Below the pieces are notes generated by a model. That model was not told the DNA's origin, searched no databases, and saw only the letters and a list, made by a program, of their open reading frames with translations. A stretch of DNA of 24,000 nt, taken from assembly GCA_026002815.1 (NCBI GenBank), contig BPGB01000004.1, positions 106,676 to 130,675 on the forward strand. The letters are read 5' to 3'. The stretch is from Candidatus Woesearchaeota archaeon (GTDB lineage Archaea; Nanobdellota; Nanobdellia; Woesearchaeales; UBA9642). Below, one piece after another: positions 8,433 to 15,941 of the stretch. The number at the start of each line of letters is the position of its first letter. The first letter of the stretch is position 1. Both the position numbers and the translations under genes were made by a program.

Positions 8433-8648
8433 TCTATTGATATTCCCTCACCGTAAAACTGAATAAAAAATCAACTAATAATATATAAATTTGATGTTTT
8501 AAAAATTTTCTTTAAGGCAGAGACACTTTTCATGAGCAACCAATGCCCCATGAAGGGATAAATCTTTCCGATATAGCATCACCAAAAACCATATCAAGCA
8601 TTGAGATGGACAATGCATGATTTTCAATAATTTAAGGTCAGAAATCAT

Positions 8649-9302
8649 TTATAAATCTTTGGGCTTTATAATCATTAGGCTTGCATTGTCTAAATCTGCA
8701 TATGCTGAAGCGTATAAACCGTAAAAGAAGTCTTTTTTCTCATATTTTTTCTCCCCGCCTCTCTCATCCCATAAAGGATCATTCACATATATGTAAGATT
8801 CATCGATTCCAGTAATGACGTTGAAATGGAAATTGAATAAAGGGTCTTTCCCGTAAAGAAAATTAGTTGTCATCAATGCTGCAAGCGGTCTTTTAGATTT
8901 GATTTCATCAATAATGTCCTTTTCATCAGGTATCTTTACATCTATATTTCCACCAAATTTCAGGAATTCCTTAAAATATCCTAAGACTTTCTTGTTCTGA
9001 TCAGTATTTGCTTTAGATATAAGATAGTCCATCCTAGCAATTAATTTACTATGGTTTAATCCAACATCATTATTTGTAAACATTGCCGGATGCTGAGTTA
9101 TGATTGTTACATCAAACCCGTTCTTCATCAAGTAAACACCTAATTGTGGAGCATAAGTACCAACAGCATCTGTGATAATGTGTTTCTTGTTATATTCAAA
9201 CGAGAACTTCTTATTGTAATAGTTCATAATCATTGTTATTCCTGCTATTCCACAATCTACAGAGTCTACTGGTTGAGTAATTAATGGCACGTCTAATTTC
9301 AT
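8649..9302 (-). CDS. Papain-like cysteine peptidase, C39-like domain protein
   Basis: The N-terminal QPVDSVDCGIAGITMIMNYY fits the Q...CG catalytic Cys context. FHFNVITGIDESYIYVNDP fits the His plus D/N context. There is no signal peptide. A GAGGT SD lies upstream, and the gene starts 12 nt after the rnhB stop. Confidence 0.6.
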   Translation of the reverse strand: MKLDVPLITQPVDSVDCGIAGITMIMNYYNKKFSFEYNKKHIITDAVGTYAPQLGVYLMKNGFDVTIITQHPAMFTNNDVGLNHSKLIARMDYLISKANTDQNKKVLGYFKEFLKFGGNIDVKIPDEKDIIDEIKSKRPLAALMTTNFLYGKDPLFNFHFNVITGIDESYIYVNDPLWDERGGEKKYEKKDFFYGLYASAYADLDNASLMIIKPKDL

Positions 9303-9314
9303 ATTAACCTCTTA

Positions 9315-9989
9315 TTAATACTCTCCTATGCTCCTCTGTTTGCCTTTATCTGCTAGGTTTTTGTATGTTTGCCAGCTCTTCCTGAATAAATGTTGATATT
9401 CTTTCTTGTTCCAATTATTTTTCAAAAAGGATATTGTTTTCGGATCTGAAGGATATCCTGATCCGAAGTCTATTTTAAATTTCTTTTTTAGCTTTTCGAG
9501 TTCTTTTTCACGTGTAACTTTAGCAATTATTGATGCCGCGCCAACTATAAGATGATTAAGGTCTGCTTTATGTTCAACTATTAAATCTATATCCTTATTA
9601 TTTATTAATTCCATCAATTTTTGTTTATACGCATTTGTATTCGTTGATGGGCAATCAACTATTACTTTGGTTATATCATTATATAGCTTAGCATCCATTT
9701 TATTGATTAAATCTGCGGCTTTGTCTGCTTCAAGCCAATTAAGATTTGTAGATCTAGAATTTACGGCATCATCTATTTCATCAGGAGAAACAATTATTAA
9801 TTCATATTTTATTATATGTTCTATGCTTTTGAATATTTCCTCTCTCTGTTTTTGAGATAATAATTTTGAATCTTTTACATTATTTTCTTTTAAAGAATTT
9901 ATTCTTTCTTCAGATATTGCCGCACATACAATAACCAATGGACCAATTATAGGACCTCTTCCTGCTTCATCAATTCCTAAAATAAACAT
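9315..9989 (-). CDS. rnhB: Ribonuclease HII
   Basis: MFILGIDEAGRGPIIGPLVIVCAAI is the canonical RNase HII N-terminus. DSKLLS and GAASIIAKVTRE are also present. Confidence 0.95.
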   Translation of the reverse strand: MFILGIDEAGRGPIIGPLVIVCAAISEERINSLKENNVKDSKLLSQKQREEIFKSIEHIIKYELIIVSPDEIDDAVNSRSTNLNWLEADKAADLINKMDAKLYNDITKVIVDCPSTNTNAYKQKLMELINNKDIDLIVEHKADLNHLIVGAASIIAKVTREKELEKLKKKFKIDFGSGYPSDPKTISFLKNNWNKKEYQHLFRKSWQTYKNLADKGKQRSIGEY

Positions 9990-10047
9990 TAAGACACACC
10001 TTCATTTTAAAATCATTTTAAAATATACTTTTTCCTTTCAAATATGC

Positions 10048-10080
10048 TTTAAAATATATTATTTTTAAAATATATTATTT
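10048..10080. repeat. Direct repeat TTTAAAATATATTATTT x2 in the rnhB upstream region
   Basis: 17-mers at 10048-10064 and 10064-10080 share one base. The region is TATA-rich on the minus strand. Confidence 0.8.
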
Positions 10081-10126
10081 TAATTTATATTTTAACTTTT
10101 AACTTTTTTTAAATACTTAGTATACT

Positions 10127-11086
10127 TTAAATAATTTGTTTAAATAATTTGTTAAAAATTCTTGTTAGTTCATTAATGTCTTTTGTTATTGTTATCGCTT
10201 TTCTTAATTTTGAACCACCAATCATGCCTTTTGTATAATCCATCGCATGGTCTTTTATTCTAGAGAATGATATATTGTAGTCTTTTGTATATTCCAAATA
10301 TTTGAAGAAGTATGATATTCTATCTGCATCGTTTAATGTATTATATGTCCCCTTTTCAAAATAATCATTCAATTGTTTGAATATATATGGATTACCTTGT
10401 GCTGCTCTTCCTATCATAACATAATCGCACCCTGTTTCCTTAATCATTCTCTCTGCATCTTCAGGACTTTTTACATCACCATTTCCAACCACTGGGATAC
10501 TAACTAATTCTTTTAATTCTTTAATCCATGTCCATTGTTGTTGTGCATTTCCAGAATACCCTTGTTTTAAAGTTCTTGCATGCAAAGTAATCATCGAAAC
10601 TCCTGATTCTTCAGCAATCCTTGCAATATTCTTGAATAGATAGCATGAATCATTGCTTATTCCTGCACGGACTTTTACAGTTACTGGTTTATCAACAGAT
10701 TTCACTAGCTTGCTAAAGAGTTCTTTTACATGTTCAGGTTTTTGTAGAAGAGCAGCACCTGCTTGTTGCGCGGTTATATGATCTGCAGGACAGCCCATAT
10801 TGAAGTCGATAATATCAAAATATGGTTCAACTATTTTTGCGGCTTTTATTGTTTTTTCAATATCGAAACCAAACAATTGAATGCTTCTAGGAGATTCTTT
10901 TTCAGAGTATTGAACAAATTCTCTTATATCACTTATTGTTCCCTTATGAGTTATTGCATGAATGCTTGTTAATTCTGTTGTTGTCAAACCTGCACCTAAT
11001 TCACTGCAAAGTAACCTAAATGCAGGATCAGTTATTCCTGACATTGGTGCAAGAAAAAATCTTGACTTGAATTTAGGAAGTTTCAT
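10127..11086 (-). CDS. dus: tRNA-dihydrouridine synthase (Dus family, FMN TIM barrel)
   Basis: FLAPMSGITDPAFRLLCSELGAGLTTTELTS, FNMGCPA (catalytic Cys context) and ITLHARTLKQGYSG are present. Confidence 0.9.
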   Translation of the reverse strand: MKLPKFKSRFFLAPMSGITDPAFRLLCSELGAGLTTTELTSIHAITHKGTISDIREFVQYSEKESPRSIQLFGFDIEKTIKAAKIVEPYFDIIDFNMGCPADHITAQQAGAALLQKPEHVKELFSKLVKSVDKPVTVKVRAGISNDSCYLFKNIARIAEESGVSMITLHARTLKQGYSGNAQQQWTWIKELKELVSIPVVGNGDVKSPEDAERMIKETGCDYVMIGRAAQGNPYIFKQLNDYFEKGTYNTLNDADRISYFFKYLEYTKDYNISFSRIKDHAMDYTKGMIGGSKLRKAITITKDINELTRIFNKLFKQII

Positions 11087-11130
11087 TTTAGAAGATAATC
11101 TTGTTAAAAGAGATTATTATTAAAATAGAC

Positions 11131-11205
11131 TAGCGGGGGTTGGATTTGAACCAACGACCTCAGGGTTATGAGCCCTGCGAGCACTCCTGTCTGCTCTACC
11201 CCGCT
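11131..11205 (-). tRNA. tRNA-Met(CAU), archaeal initiator type
   Basis: The reverse complement folds by eye as AGCGGGG-TA-GAGC-AGACAGGAGT-GCTC-G-CAGGG-CTCATAA-CCCTG-AGGTC-GTTGG-TTCAAAT-CCAAC-CCCCGCT-A (75 nt). It has an A1:U72 pair and three G:C pairs at the base of the anticodon stem. No encoded CCA. Confidence 0.9.
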
Positions 11206-11228
11206 ATGATAAAGAAGAAATAGAATTC

Positions 11229-11238
11229 TTTTATAAAT
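11229..11238 (-). promoter_or_regulatory. TATA box (TTTATAAAA on the minus strand) for tRNA-iMet
   Basis: The box ends 23 nt upstream of tRNA position 1, so its centre is at about -27. Confidence 0.45.
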
Positions 11239-11655
11239 CTTTTCGTAGTAGAGAAGGGAATATCAAAATATTCTGTTCTCATGAATCTAATGGATTGTTC
11301 ACATAGATATTTTTTTGCTTCTTGCATGTGTATTCTTCAAAATCCTCTCTACAATTAGCAAATGTTTTTATTAGAATTTCTTTTTTTGCAATCTGGACAA
11401 TTTTTAGGTTAACTTTCATCGGGATAATGAACCCGCTCATTACATTTATTGTATATATACCAAATTCTTGGCCTTACGATACCATCTATCAAAGGAATTC
11501 TTCAAACTTTATACTTTTATAGGTCAGCATATTCGTTTCTTGCCTTTCAATAAGTCTTTTTTCAATCGTGTAATATGTGTATTTTTTTATTTATAAATTT
11601 ATGGCTAATAAAAATAGATTAACTTTAAATAATACTATTATTAGAATATATTATT

Positions 11656-12312
11656 ATGAATAATAATAAAAAAAGAGAATTTAGTGTCGTATGGATAATA
11701 ATTATTGTTGTCGCAATAGTTTTTATATTAGTTTTGGGAATTCTAAGAGGGGTATTTTGGAAGAGCAATCCTGAAAAAGTAAATGAGTATATAGATAGTG
11801 TAATCGACTCTGTCAAAGAGATTATTGGTGTGCAAGATTCTCCTGAACAGTTAAAGAATGATAGCATCTTGCAAAATAAATCTATTGGATCGTCAGTAGA
11901 AGAACCTCAAGATATTTCAGTTTCAGGTGGCGGAGGTGGTGGAGAATCTACTGGAGTAGTTAATGTAGTATCTAATGATGTTAATTATACACAATATAAT
12001 AATGAATCTTATGAGACCTTGGAGGAACTCTTTGATAGTGATAATCCAATGGGAGGAAGAGTTAATCTTTATGGTGTAGCTTTTCAAATATCGGGTGTTG
12101 ATATGTTTGATTATTTTTTATTTACAGATGACGATATTATAATAGAAAATCCTATAAATATGTTGCTGAATGGAGCTAATTTTCATATTAACGTATATAA
12201 TTCCATAGTTAATATTACTCCTCAAAGCATTGTGAGAGTAAAAGGAGTGGTCGTCGATTGTATTAATGGTGTTCAGGGACGTTATTGTATTAGTGCAAAT
12301 GAAATTAATTAA
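11656..12312 (+). CDS. Hypothetical membrane-anchored/secreted protein with N-terminal TM helix and Gly6 tract
   Basis: Features are the VVWIIIIVVAIVFILVLGIL anchor, the SGGGGGGEST tract (11926-11943) and a C-terminal ~110-aa domain with 2 Cys. A TTTAAATAA box lies ~26 nt upstream of the ATG. I recognised no family. Confidence 0.6.
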   Translation: MNNNKKREFSVVWIIIIVVAIVFILVLGILRGVFWKSNPEKVNEYIDSVIDSVKEIIGVQDSPEQLKNDSILQNKSIGSSVEEPQDISVSGGGGGGESTGVVNVVSNDVNYTQYNNESYETLEELFDSDNPMGGRVNLYGVAFQISGVDMFDYFLFTDDDIIIENPINMLLNGANFHINVYNSIVNITPQSIVRVKGVVVDCINGVQGRYCISANEIN

Positions 12313-12450
12313 TAAATAATAGTGTAACAGCTAAATAAATTAATAGATAATAATGAGTATAATAACATTATTTAATATATATTTTTACTATGTATTTTTA
12401 ATATTTTATTTATTATATATTCTTAATATTATTTTTTTAATATTATTTTT

Positions 12451-13098
12451 TTAATTATTTCTATCTTTATGTTTTGCTATGATAAATCCGCCCATTTTTA
12501 TATATTCCTTATTGTGTTTAGTATAAACTCCTAATGACATACCTTCCCTTTCAAAGATAGGAATTAATTCTGATGGATGATACTCTCTGCATGGAAACGG
12601 GTCGTTCTTTAATTGTTCTCGTAATGTTCTCATAGGATTTTTTGATTTTTTCTTTTTGAGTAAAGTAGATATTATTACTGCTTTTGATGATACTCTTATT
12701 AGTTCTTTAATGAATTTTTCATGTTCTACTAAACATTGTAATGCACCTATAGAAATAACTATGTCGAATTGTTTATCTTTGAATGGCAGATTATATCCGT
12801 CTGCTACAATAAATTTTAAGTGTGGATAGTTTTTCCTGGCATATTCTATGATATTTTTAGAATAATCAACACCTGTCACTTCATAACCTTTTTGTTTTAA
12901 AATTTCACAATATAGTCCCGGTCCACAACCCACATCTAGTATTGTTTTTGCATCTTTGATTTTGCTTATTAGGTAAAGTGTTACTTCGAGTAATTGTTTT
13001 TGTCCTTCCTCATTCCAGAAACTTTTTTCATAATCCGGAATGTTTAACTTAGCTCTCTTTTCGTACTGTTTCTTCCATGATTTTTCCATGTCTTTCAT
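12451..13098 (-). CDS. Class I SAM-dependent methyltransferase
   Basis: Motif I is ILDVGCGPGLY. The post-I acidic residue is in VTGVDYS, followed by FDIVISIGAL. Confidence 0.85.
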   Translation of the reverse strand: MKDMEKSWKKQYEKRAKLNIPDYEKSFWNEEGQKQLLEVTLYLISKIKDAKTILDVGCGPGLYCEILKQKGYEVTGVDYSKNIIEYARKNYPHLKFIVADGYNLPFKDKQFDIVISIGALQCLVEHEKFIKELIRVSSKAVIISTLLKKKKSKNPMRTLREQLKNDPFPCREYHPSELIPIFEREGMSLGVYTKHNKEYIKMGGFIIAKHKDRNN

Positions 13099-13308
13099 AG
13101 TCTTTCTTTTAATATTTAATATTATTTTTTTTAATTATTTTATATATCTGCGATGCGTATTATTTCTTTTTTTATAATATATGATTATGTTATCTTTATA
13201 ATTGTTGATTTATATTTATGATTATTCTATGTTTATAATTATTAATCTTGTTAATATATATTAATAATTTTAGAAAAGTATATAAGATGTATGCTTTTAT
13301 TAATTCAT

Positions 13309-13476
13309 ATGGTTAAAAAGATTAACGAATTATATCAATGTGATGAGTGTAAATTGTTGTATTCTGATATTTCTTGGGCTAAAAGGTGCGAGGAATGGTG
13401 TAAAAGTAATAATTCTTGTAACTTAGAAATAATTAGGCATTCTATTAAAAAAATGAACGATTATATTGAGGAATAA
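13309..13476 (+). CDS. Small Cys-rich (putative zinc-binding) protein, 55 aa
   Basis: Sequence is MVKKINELYQCDECKLLYSDISWAKRCEEWCKSNNSCNLEI, with a CxxC plus three further Cys. The track ORF starts at 13291. A GTATATAAG box centred at ~13282 favours a leaderless start at 13309, though both starts are possible. Confidence 0.5.
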   Translation: MVKKINELYQCDECKLLYSDISWAKRCEEWCKSNNSCNLEIIRHSIKKMNDYIEE

Positions 13477-13486
13477 TATGTATTAA

Positions 13487-13610
13487 CGCCGAGGGTGGGA
13501 TTTGAACCCACAAATCCTTTCGGAACTGGATAAATGCGCGTAATGCGTGGTAATCATAAGCACGCCTGTGCTTAGCAATCCAGCGCAGTACCAGGTTGTG
13601 CCACCTCGGC
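13487..13610 (-). tRNA. tRNA-Ser(GCU) with a ~41-nt intron in the anticodon loop
   Basis: The reverse complement reads: GCCGAGG acceptor, GCA/TGC D stem, CTGGA-TTGCTA[intron]A-TCCAG anticodon arm, long variable arm TTCCGAAAGGATTT, GTGGG-TTCAAAT-CCCAC T arm, CCTCGGC, and discriminator G. The intron is about 13532-13572. The mature length is ~83 nt. Confidence 0.8.
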
Positions 13611-13759
13611 TTGTTAGTTTTATAAGGTTGTTTATTGTATTGTTTTTAGCTTTTATTCTGGTTTTTAGTGTATTATTCTGTTGTATTATTATTCTTTTTA
13701 TAAAGGTTTTTCTTATTATTTTTTTATCAAATCAAAACATTTATAAATAATATTGTATA

Positions 13760-13817
13760 TTTTTTGCTATACAAAAATATTTATAATATAGCATATGCTA
13801 TTTTTTGCTATACAAAA
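13760..13817 (+). promoter_or_regulatory. Operator/promoter-like region: 17-nt perfect direct repeat TTTTTTGCTATACAAAA x2 flanking a 14-nt perfect palindrome
   Basis: The repeats lie at 13760-13776 and 13801-13817. The palindrome ATAGCATATGCTAT lies at 13788-13801. GCTATA (13766-13771) and TATAGC (13787-13792) form an inverted pair. The region sits immediately upstream of the RHH gene. Confidence 0.4.
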
Positions 13818-13847
13818 TTACTATACAATAAATATCTATTTTTTGAA

Positions 13848-14021
13848 ATGAACGGGAAAAATAAGAAATCAACGGAACAATTCAATATAAGAATGCCCAA
13901 AGAACTTCTTGAAGATATAGATGAGATATCAAGAATTTTGAGAGTTAATAAATCAGAGTGGATAAAAATAAAGCTTTCGGAAATAGTTTATGAAGAAAAA
14001 AATCGTTTAAAGAAAAAATGA
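13848..14021 (+). CDS. Ribbon-helix-helix (CopG/Arc/MetJ-type) DNA-binding protein, 57 aa
   Basis: QFNIRMPKELLEDIDEISRILRVNKSEWIKIKLSEIV fits the beta-strand/helix/helix RHH pattern. The track ORF begins at 13764 but its first 28 codons are AT-rich junk. The stop overlaps the next start (ATGA at 14018-14021). Confidence 0.65.
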   Translation: MNGKNKKSTEQFNIRMPKELLEDIDEISRILRVNKSEWIKIKLSEIVYEEKNRLKKK

Positions 14022-15892
14022 ATGAAAGAAAAATTTTGGAATTTGCAGTATACTTATTATTATTAATAAATATATTGTCATTTATATATTTGCAATTCGA
14101 AATATCAAATATTGTAGATAAAAAAACACCAACAGCTATGGCTCTTGGAAGAAGCTATATATGTGTAAATCATGCACCGAACGACATAGATGTTGGAACA
14201 TGTAATTTTACAATGCCATGGGGTATAGATATAAATTGTACGGTTAATGCCACCGATCCAGATAATGATAGTATATATTACTATTCATACTTTGTATCAC
14301 CAGAAAATCTATTCACAATAAACTCATCAGGACAAATAAATGTTAATCTTCCTAGAACTGCAATAGGAAATCATACAATAAGAATAACTAGCGCAGATTT
14401 AAGCGGTTGTGACAATAATGTTTATTTTGAAGATTTCAACATAGAAGTATATCATATAAATCATGCACCCTACCTTTATCAAATAATACCCAATAGAAGC
14501 CTTTTATGGGACACTGTTTTCGTGTTCTATCTTAACGATTATTTCAGAGATATAGATGAGGATAATATGACATATCTATTATCTCAGGAAGATAATTTAA
14601 CATCTATAAATATTGTTGATGATTTGGTAACAATAAGGGGGGTAAATTGCGGAGAATCAAGATTCTTTTTCATAGCATCAGATCCTGAAGGTTTAACCGC
14701 AACCAGTAACATTGTGACATACACCATAGTTGGTTGTCCCATAATTTCAGGAAATAATGAAAATGCTGGCAGAGGAGGTGGCGGTGGCGGTGGAAGTTAT
14801 TCAGAATGCATCCCTGATTGGAGATGCTCAAAATGGTCGGAATGCCAGGAAAATGGAACGAGACAATTAAGATGTATAGATTATAATGGGTGTAATCCTA
14901 ATAATTATATAAAATATTTTACAGAGAATTGTACTTATATACCCGAAGAAGTATTATGCGAGGAAAAATGGGAATGTACCGAATGGAGTTTATGTATAAA
15001 TCAGACACATACAAGAACATGTGTTGATAAGAATGAGTGTGGAACAGAAAAAAATAAACCTGCAGAAACAGAATCATGCACACCTATACCTTCATGTTTC
15101 AATGGAATACAAGACGGAGATGAAACAGGAGTTGATTGCGGGGGTCCTTGCGGTGCATGTAAGAGCATAGAACAACCATTACAAGCAGGAGGAATAGATA
15201 ATAGACTAATACTAGCAGCTATAATACTAGTTGCCTCATTAACAATAGTAATACTTTCAGTGAAAAAACAATTGAAAGAGTTTATAGATAAAATAATCGC
15301 TTTATCAAGAAGAAAAAAACAGCCTACTTACATAACCGAACATCAGAAACAGAAATTACTAAACATATTATTTAAATTACAGGATGATATCAATAACGAA
15401 GAAACCAAAGAATTCCAATATTATATTAACCAGTTAGTAAACTTATTTTTTGTAGAACTTTTAGGTTTAGAAATAGTAAATTATGAAAAAGTAAAATTAT
15501 CAATCAAAAAAATTAAGAATAAGCAATTAGAGGATATGCTATTAGACTTTTACAAGAATATGAATTCATTAAAATTGAAAGGAAAAAACCATATACAAGA
15601 GGTAATTGATAGTATCTCAGATCATATATATTTAATATCAGAATTTCATGATAAAGATGCTTTAGTGTTGCCCAAAGAAAGAGAAATCAATGCCGAGGGA
15701 ATTGACAGATTTTACCAAAAATTATCTAATATTCACATAGCGCTTGAATTCAAGGAAATTTTAGAGGCAAAAAATTTATATAAGGAGTTATTAGATGAAT
15801 ATAATAGATTAAGTCATGAAAAGAAAGCCGAACTATATGATGAAATGATGACTGTATATAATATAATATTATATTTAGATAGGTTTTATTAA
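14018..15892 (+). CDS. Bitopic membrane protein: cadherin-like repeats, Gly7 hinge, Cys/Trp-rich repeats, TM helix and a ~210-aa helical cytoplasmic tail
   Basis: The N-terminal anchor is FAVYLLLLINILSFIYL. Repeat boundaries are VNHAPND and INHAPYL, followed by GRGGGGGGGSY. Two C-x2-W-x-C-x2-W-S-x-C units and CFNGIQDGDETGVDCGGPCGAC follow. The TM helix is LILAAIILVASLTIVILSV (~15206-15262). Confidence 0.85.
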   Translation: MNERKILEFAVYLLLLINILSFIYLQFEISNIVDKKTPTAMALGRSYICVNHAPNDIDVGTCNFTMPWGIDINCTVNATDPDNDSIYYYSYFVSPENLFTINSSGQINVNLPRTAIGNHTIRITSADLSGCDNNVYFEDFNIEVYHINHAPYLYQIIPNRSLLWDTVFVFYLNDYFRDIDEDNMTYLLSQEDNLTSINIVDDLVTIRGVNCGESRFFFIASDPEGLTATSNIVTYTIVGCPIISGNNENAGRGGGGGGGSYSECIPDWRCSKWSECQENGTRQLRCIDYNGCNPNNYIKYFTENCTYIPEEVLCEEKWECTEWSLCINQTHTRTCVDKNECGTEKNKPAETESCTPIPSCFNGIQDGDETGVDCGGPCGACKSIEQPLQAGGIDNRLILAAIILVASLTIVILSVKKQLKEFIDKIIALSRRKKQPTYITEHQKQKLLNILFKLQDDINNEETKEFQYYINQLVNLFFVELLGLEIVNYEKVKLSIKKIKNKQLEDMLLDFYKNMNSLKLKGKNHIQEVIDSISDHIYLISEFHDKDALVLPKEREINAEGIDRFYQKLSNIHIALEFKEILEAKNLYKELLDEYNRLSHEKKAELYDEMMTVYNIILYLDRFY

Positions 15893-15941
15893 AAGTAATA
15901 ATAATAAAAATACTAATAACAAAAGTACTAATAAAAATAAA

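Noticed and set aside
5640-8466. Nine plus-strand track ORFs inside the SMC locus: 5640-5912, 5755-6471, 6581-6979, 7021-7239, 7246-7455, 7540-7752, 7745-8110, 7966-8466 and 8016-8291.
   Set aside because: They are F/L/S/C-rich, low-complexity mirror images of the K/E-rich SMC coiled-coil coding strand. They carry no motifs, while the opposite strand carries unmistakable SMC signatures.
9667-10972. Plus-strand ORFs 9667-9855 and 10763-10972.
   Set aside because: They are antisense to the clearly identified rnhB and dus genes and have no recognisable features.
11087-11205. tRNA-iMet and the downstream dus gene as a functional tRNA/modification-enzyme operon.
   Set aside because: A separate AT-rich TATA-like element (TATTTTAATAATAA on the minus strand) lies ~30 nt upstream of the dus ATG. 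Independent transcription is therefore likely, and adjacency may be coincidental.
11322-11867. ORF 11322-11522 (+) and ORF 11625-11867 (-).
   Set aside because: The first lies in a gap with no start context and is antisense to more gene-like text. The second is antisense to the start of the 218-aa membrane protein gene, which has a TATA box and a TM anchor.
13547-13750. 67-aa plus-strand ORF.
   Set aside because: Its 5' part overlaps the intron-containing tRNA-Ser on the opposite strand. The remainder is AT-rich intergenic sequence.
13848-15892. The RHH protein plus its downstream gene as a toxin-antitoxin pair.
   Set aside because: The partner is a 624-aa bitopic membrane protein with extracellular repeat domains, not a small cytoplasmic toxin.
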